A stretch of DNA of 57,822 nucleotides. It comes from Vitrella brassicaformis CCMP3155 (taxonomy: Eukaryota > Protista > Chromerida). The DNA lies in assembly GCA_001179505.1 (NCBI GenBank), contig CDMY01000524.1, positions 1 to 57,822 on the forward strand, in the 5' to 3' direction. Made by a program: the position numbers and the translations under genes. How positions within the stretch are numbered: the stretch's first letter is position 1; every line of letters starts with the position of its first letter. The notes beneath the pieces were generated by a model. It searched no databases. It was not told the origin of the DNA and saw nothing but the letters and a program-made list of their open reading frames with translations. Positions 51,954-57,822 of this stretch are shown here, in pieces.

Positions 51954-52036
51954 TGCCGTCACGCGTGCGTGTTATAAGCCGAGCCGTGTGGTGGCGTGTT
52001 TCAGCTGCGCCAATCCGGTGTTCTGGACGAGAGTCT

Positions 52037-52065
52037 GAAACCCTAGAACCCCAGAGAAACCCTAT
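52037..52065. promoter_or_regulatory. Telo-box-like AAACCCTA pair upstream of a minus-strand gene
   Basis: GAAACCCTAGAACCCCAGAGAAACCCTAT about 85 bp upstream of the ATG at 51953. Confidence 0.35.
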
Positions 52066-53045
52066 AGATCGAACTCATAGATACCGACGAGCGCTTGATT
52101 GAACCAAAATGTCAAGAGTGTCAGCCTCACAGGCAGATGCATGTGCATGCCCATACGCGAGCGATGGCTATCTACACATGGTGAATCAGACTTTCTGCGC
52201 ACACACATGATGTGGGCACATCCAACACGCACAAGACAAGACAAGACACGCAACGCAAGCAGGAGGGAGGTGAGGATGAGATGGCTGCATGGAAGGCATG
52301 GATGGATTGATGAACGCAGGCAAGTCAGTCAGGCCAGACAGAGAGAAACGCGCAACACAGACACACGAGAAGGCGACGGACACAGAGAGGCAGACAGACA
52401 GACAGACACCAGGGACGACAAAATGAATGAAAGAGAGGCGGGAGAGAGAGCCACCCAGCAAGTCATCATCAATCGACCCAGAGATGAATGGTCGTGCATG
52501 CACACGAACTTCCCCCCCGCCCGAAAGAACTTAGATCACACACACACGCACAGAGGGATAAATAGAGGCAGGCAGGCAGGCAGGCAAGCAGGCAAGCATG
52601 CGGTCGCATGGAGCCAGCCACAAATATAGGCAGGCAGGCAGGCGGGCAGCGGCAGGCTGGTAGAGGTAGGTAGGCAGCGTCGGATCTCTCTACACAAGAC
52701 CTACTTTGATAAGATTCCAGCCATCCATCCATCCAGCCATCCAAACCAAACGTACAGACAAATACGAACATGTACTAGATGCATCCACTGATCGATCCAG
52801 AACAATCAAGTCAGTCAGCAAAGCAAGACAGACAAGAAGCAAGCCCCTCCCATGCCATCCCATCTCACTCACTACACGACGGAAAAAGCGCCGCATCCAT
52901 CCATCCATCCCCTCACTGACTCACCATCCATCCATCCATTTTACTCCTCCGACGCCACTCACTATGCTGCCTCGAGGCCTCCCTGCACCCGCCCGCTCAG
53001 TCAACTGCCCTCCCTGCGTCCCTCTCTCCCCCCTCCCTGCCCGCC

Positions 53046-54416
53046 TCACGCCCGCGCCTGTTCCTGTTGCTCCACCATCGCAGCCCTGGCCCTTGCCCTC
53101 TCGGCCTCCCTGGCCTCCTTCTCCTCTTTCCGCCGCCTCTCCTTCCACATGTCCTCCTCCGCCAGACGCACCTCCGTCTCGTTAAGGGTGATGACGAACG
53201 GACACACCTCGGGCGGCGAGAGGTCGCAGACCTCCTTGAGGAACTTGTCGCGCATTGCAGGCCGCATGGGGGTGAGGCCCGAGAGATGCGCCACCATGTC
53301 GCCCGGCCGCCAGTGGCCCTCCGGCCGGTCCTTGCGGAAGTGGATCGTCGACCGGCGGAACGAGTTCATCTCGCGGTTGGCCAGGACACTGACGAAGGGC
53401 GTCTGCTGCAGGAGGCCCTGCAGGTCCTGGTGCCGCTCGGCTGTCACGTTGCAGACGGCGCGGATGGCGTCTGGGTCGATGTGCCGTATGTGTGTGTCGT
53501 TGGCCAGGACGTGGGTGAGGATGGGCTGGTCCTTGAGGCCGCGCGCCTGGTAGATGTTGTTCTCGGCCAGCAGCAGCTGCCCGCGGTAGTCCTGCTTGAC
53601 GAGCACGTGGTAGGCGAGCATCCGTGCGAAGGCCGTGTTGCGGAAGAGCATGACGCCGTTGTTGACGGGGTAGAGGGGCTGGTAGCACTTGAGGTCGGCG
53701 GCGATGATGAGGCCCGTCCGGTCGGTGGTGTACCGCTCCGTCAGGTCCTCGACGCGCTTGTCAAAATTCGTGAACATGGTGTCCAGGTCCAGGTACATGA
53801 CCCACTCCACGCCCTCACCCTCACTAGGCCGGAGGTGCTGTGGGCCCCTGCTGCCGAAGAGCACCCACAGTGCCACGTACCGCCAGAAGTGGGGGTGCTT
53901 GCACGGCTCCTTGTCATAGTCTGGACGGCACTCAAAGTGCTTGAAGCAGTACCCGTGCCGCGCGGCGAAGGCCTTGCGGTTGAGGTCCAGCTTCTCGGCG
54001 ATGGAGATCTTGGCGTCACCGGCCGTCAGCAGGAGGATGCTACAGTCGCCGCCCGGTGGCTCGTAGAGGGTCTCGAAGTTGAAGTCTTCCGGCCGTACCC
54101 ACGAAGGCAGCCAGTCCTCCATCACGGCCTCCGATATGGCCCAATCGTCACGGACATCGCCGCTGCGCCGATAGAAAGCCGCGTGGCCGGGGTGGAACGA
54201 CAGCTTCCATGAGAGCAGCATGAGGGCGAAGCAGGCCAGCGGGATGAAGAGAAGAAAAGGGGCGCCCGACGAGCGGATGGGAGGGAGCCGCAGCAGTGGG
54301 GATGGCGGGTCGTCGTCGCTGCAGTCGAGCTGTTCGTTTGAGCCATTCTTCTTGGGATGCCGCTTGAGCCACATCCAGCTCCATGTGTGACACACCCTGG
54401 GCCACATCGACACCAT
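53046..54416 (-). CDS. Glycosyltransferase family 34 (GMA12/MNN10-like), type II membrane protein, single exon
   Basis: 456-aa ORF: N-terminal TM, RKAFAARHGY, EWVMYLDLD (DxD), LIIAAD, VNNGVMLFRN, DQ, MNSF, WRPGDMVAHLSG. Confidence 0.85.
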   Translation of the reverse strand: MVSMWPRVCHTWSWMWLKRHPKKNGSNEQLDCSDDDPPSPLLRLPPIRSSGAPFLLFIPLACFALMLLSWKLSFHPGHAAFYRRSGDVRDDWAISEAVMEDWLPSWVRPEDFNFETLYEPPGGDCSILLLTAGDAKISIAEKLDLNRKAFAARHGYCFKHFECRPDYDKEPCKHPHFWRYVALWVLFGSRGPQHLRPSEGEGVEWVMYLDLDTMFTNFDKRVEDLTERYTTDRTGLIIAADLKCYQPLYPVNNGVMLFRNTAFARMLAYHVLVKQDYRGQLLLAENNIYQARGLKDQPILTHVLANDTHIRHIDPDAIRAVCNVTAERHQDLQGLLQQTPFVSVLANREMNSFRRSTIHFRKDRPEGHWRPGDMVAHLSGLTPMRPAMRDKFLKEVCDLSPPEVCPFVITLNETEVRLAEEDMWKERRRKEEKEAREAERARARAAMVEQQEQARA

Positions 54417-54674
54417 TGCGGTTCATAGCTCCCAATGCCTGTCGACCCGGGGCTTAGTGTTAGGCCGGACGACCATCCCCATCCCCTTCTCCCCGAACCG
54501 CTCCCTTCCAACGCTCCCTACCGTTTCACAAGTGTCCTAAGTTACAATCCAGCTCGCAGTTGCTTTCCCCTGGCTGTTGCGTCGCTGTGACAGTATCTAC
54601 AGCGCATCCCAGCTGCCGCAAGTCGCACTGTCTCATCTGCTGATTCTCTCGCCGACTGACCGCACGTGCGCTCC

Positions 54675-55526
54675 ATGATGAGCGAGAAGGAGAGCGAGGA
54701 GCAGAAGAAGGCCGAGAGGGCCAAGCGCTTCGGCATCGAGTCATTCGAGGACAAGAAGGCAAAGAGGGTCGAGAGATTCGGGGCACCTGCCGGCGGCGGT
54801 GGTGGGAGTGAGGAGCAGAAGAGAGTGGAGAGGGCGCAGCGGTTCGCGCTGAGTGGTGGTGGTGCTACTGGTGCTGGTGGCGAGACTGAGGAGGAGAAGC
54901 GCCGGAAGAGGCAGGAGCGGTTCGGCACGTCGCCCACTGGTGCTGGTGGGGACAGCGAGCGTGAGCGGCTCAAGAGGCGTGCCGAGCGGTTCAACCTCTT
55001 CGACGCCGAGCTGGAGAAGGACAAGGCCAAGAAGCGCAAGGAGCGGTTCGGACCGCAAAGCGAGGCTGACAAGATACAGGCGAGGATGGAGCGGTTCGGC
55101 ACCGCCAGTGAAGCAGACAAGGCCAAGAAACGAATGGAGCGCTTCGCAGCCCCCACTCCCGCTGCACCAGCACCAGCATCAGCCCCTGCTGCGGCCCCGG
55201 CGCCCGCCCCTGCTGCCACATCCGATGCCGTCATGAGGGCGGATGAGACCAAAGCCAACGGCGTGGAGCCCGAGGAGAAGGTCGCCGGCCTCCAGGCGAT
55301 GGAGACCGCGCCTGCCGCTGCGGAGGAGACGCCAGCAGCCGAGGAGGGAGAGGAAGAAGAGGAGGAGGCGCCCAAAGCTGCTGCTGCAGCTGCAGCTGCA
55401 GCGGCTGCGCTTAGTGCGGATGCGGGTGCAGCAGTGGGCGGCAAGAAGGTGATCAAGGCGAAGGCCAAGGGGAAGGCCAAAGCCAAGACCAAGAGCAAAG
55501 CCAAGGCCAAGGCCAAGAAGAAGTGA
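54675..55526 (+). CDS. Tho1/MOS11/SARNP C-terminal-like RxxRF-repeat protein without SAP domain
   Basis: Eight RxxRF(G/A/N) motifs in charged helices, an Ala/Pro/Glu linker and a Lys/Ala-rich C-terminal tail; single exon. Confidence 0.72.
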   Translation: MMSEKESEEQKKAERAKRFGIESFEDKKAKRVERFGAPAGGGGGSEEQKRVERAQRFALSGGGATGAGGETEEEKRRKRQERFGTSPTGAGGDSERERLKRRAERFNLFDAELEKDKAKKRKERFGPQSEADKIQARMERFGTASEADKAKKRMERFAAPTPAAPAPASAPAAAPAPAPAATSDAVMRADETKANGVEPEEKVAGLQAMETAPAAAEETPAAEEGEEEEEEAPKAAAAAAAAAAALSADAGAAVGGKKVIKAKAKGKAKAKTKSKAKAKAKKK

Positions 55527-55992
55527 TGAGGAACACACTGGCCAGCTGTGGGGTCGACAGATGGATAGAATGGGGAGGGGCGAGATGGATGTGTGGGTGG
55601 GTGGATAGGGGTAGGCTTGTAAGTGGGGTGTGATGCGTGTGGCTGCCGAACGGGGGAGGGATCACTGACGTAGTGAATGGATCCATTCATGGGCGTATAC
55701 AATGGGTGTGTGGGGGTGGTGCTACTTAAAGAGACCAATCGATTTGCATTGTGTGTTCATTGGCGCGCCGGACCTCTGCGTGATCGTGATTTGATTTAAC
55801 CAACGGTTGATGGACAATCATCCCTCCCTTGATGACGTTATCTGTCGTTGACATCAGACAAGCGTGTGTCCTGGTTCCCGTCTGTCTGCACTGTACACGT
55901 GCTTTGCTTTACGCATCCCTCGATTTCCCTACTCATCCAATCGACGCAGTCATCTATCTATCCATCGCATCGACCCCTCTCTCCCTCCCTCT

Positions 55993-57822
55993 TCACGCAA
56001 AGTCGGCGAACCTCTCCTTAATGAACGCCCTGCACTCGTCCGCCGTCCCCTCAGGGTGCCCCAGCATCCACACCACCTGCTCGTCCATGACCTCTTTGAA
56101 CTTGGGACCTTTGGGCAACTTCGGCAGCACGCTCTTGACCGCATTGCCGTCCAGCGGCGGCCCTTTGTCCCACACACCGTCGAGGCCGAACCACTCCACG
56201 GCCTCCTTCACCGCCCTGTAGCTGGATATGACGTGTTTGGAGGAGTGGAGGGGGACGGCTGGCGGGGGACCACTGAGAGGCGGGGTGGTGGGTTGGGTGT
56301 GGGATGGGGATGAGGGGGTCACTCTGCCGATGGCGCCGGCCATTGCTACCATCAGGGACGCCTGGGGCAGAAGACACACATGGACAACACGCGTAAGTGA
56401 GTATGGATGCCAAGCGAGATCTCATGGATGCTGGTGCCAGTCGGCGTACGTTCCACAGGTGCCCCGCCTTTCTAAGTATGAGTCCCAGGTCGACGCGGCG
56501 GTACCGCTGAGATGCAGAAGAGCCCTCGTGCGTGGTGCCATCCGCCTCATCTGCACCCTCCTGCTGCTGAGCCGCTGCGGATGGCGCGCCTGCGTGGGTC
56601 TTGGGAGGTGGGGGGACGCCTCCCTCGCCCCAGTCGCCGACGAGGCGCTGGTACTCGAGGGCGACTGACAGGATGAGATCGACACTGACACAAAGAAGAG
56701 CGAAGAGGGCGGGAAGAAGGAGGTGGACTGGTCGTGTTTTTCGTGTAGCGTACCGTTCTGCGTCTCGTTTTGGCAGCTTGAGTCGGTCGCCCAGGAGGTA
56801 TATGACGACGGAAGAGGCCTTGCCCTTCTTGCCCTCGTACTGCAACCCTGGTACCACGAGCGCAGACCCAGACGCACATGAGAGAGAAGCCTTCGTTTGT
56901 CTGCCTGCCTGCCTGCCTGTCTGCCTGCCTGTCTGTCTGTCTGTCTGCCTGTCTGTCTGTCCGTCTGTCTTTGTGTGTGCGTGTGTTTCCTTTCGGACCG
57001 GCGATGGGTGCGAGGAATGCCGCATATCTCATAAGTCTCTTCTCATCGGGTTCCCACTTCTCCATCGAAAACACACCGTCCCCCTGCAACCTACCCAAAA
57101 CCACACACAGCAACTTATGGATGCGTTCCGTGACTCTCCCGCGCCACATACTGATGTCATTACTTGTCGATGACGCTATGGAGGTTCTGCACGGTCTGCA
57201 TGCCGTCGCTGTACACCGCCTCTTCAAATGTGTAGTTGCCCGCCACATCGCCGGGCGGCACCACATCGGGCGCTGAAGGCCGCACATAGCGGTCGAGCTG
57301 CTCGGGCCGCCACTGGATCTTTCTCGGCAGTTCGAAGAGAATGGGCGCCAGGCGGAGGGAGGTGATCAGCAGCCACGCGTGGACGGGGTGGCTCCTTCCC
57401 ATCATGTTGTCCAGCTCCGCACCGATTCGCTCGCGAGAGACCTTGGTGGGAGAATGCGGCTGCCGTTACAAGATGACGACCGTCGGTGTATTGCGTCGGT
57501 CAGTCACTCACCTTGTTTGCCAGCGCTTGGTGCACTCGCGGGTCCCGGCACGCCGCCTCGAGCTCATCCGCTATGCGAAAACCGAAACGAGACGCAAACC
57601 TGCCAACATCACACACCCACGCACAATGATCGGTTCCGTATTGTGTTTCGTCATCAGCTGTCGGCGCACGCACCTGATGGCTCTGAGTACGCGTAAAGGA
57701 TCGTCAAGCAGCGTGTCGACAGCGGGCAGTGGCGTCCGCAGCACGCCAGCCTTTAAGTCGTCGATGCCACGACCTGGCAGCCACACATCAGTCGATACAC
57801 AGCAATATGCGCCTGCCCGTCG
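55993..57822 (-). CDS. CCA1: CCA-adding tRNA nucleotidyltransferase (class II), 3' part
   Basis: GIDDLKAGVLRTPL..TLLDDPLRVLRAIR, VSRERIGAELD, C-terminal KGPKFKEVMDEQVVWMLGHP. The catalytic N-terminus lies beyond the window. Confidence 0.85.

Noticed and set aside
54542-55738. 398-aa antisense ORF and similar long antisense ORFs opposite real genes
   Set aside because: Shadow ORFs caused by high GC and codon bias of the sense gene.

Overview
Intron-rich, GC-rich eukaryotic scaffold. Short GT-AG introns with (GT)n/(GACA)n tracts, a plastid-targeted gene and lineage-specific expanded families point to a chromerid alga such as Vitrella brassicaformis (inferred, not verified). The first ~11.7 kb is an array of five copies or fragments of one uncharacterised multi-exon family, broken by four 300-N gaps. 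Some copies end in a ubiquitin-derived domain that lacks the C-terminal diglycine, and the main exon is a 2x2 mosaic between copies. A distant homologue with the same exon plan lies at 31.3-32.7 kb. Recognisable genes after manual splicing: NYN/LabA/DUF88 nuclease-like gene, CEP19, DUF5054-type glycoside hydrolase-like gene, membrane-tethered bZIP (ATF6/bZIP28-like architecture), ligand-less Rieske-like plastid protein (PSB33/TEF5-like), RING-TLDc protein, three members of a second lineage-specific family, membrane-anchored GH3 glucosidase, GT34 glycosyltransferase, a Tho1/MOS11/SARNP-like RxxRF-repeat protein and the 3' half of a CCA-adding enzyme. There is also a 196-bp TA-flanked MITE. The most striking signal is that the NYN gene carries a ~130-bp segment nearly identical to part of the RxxRF-repeat gene 41 kb away, joining putative UAP56/DDX39-binding motifs to a nuclease-like domain. 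Exon boundaries and family calls were made by eye; no searches were run.
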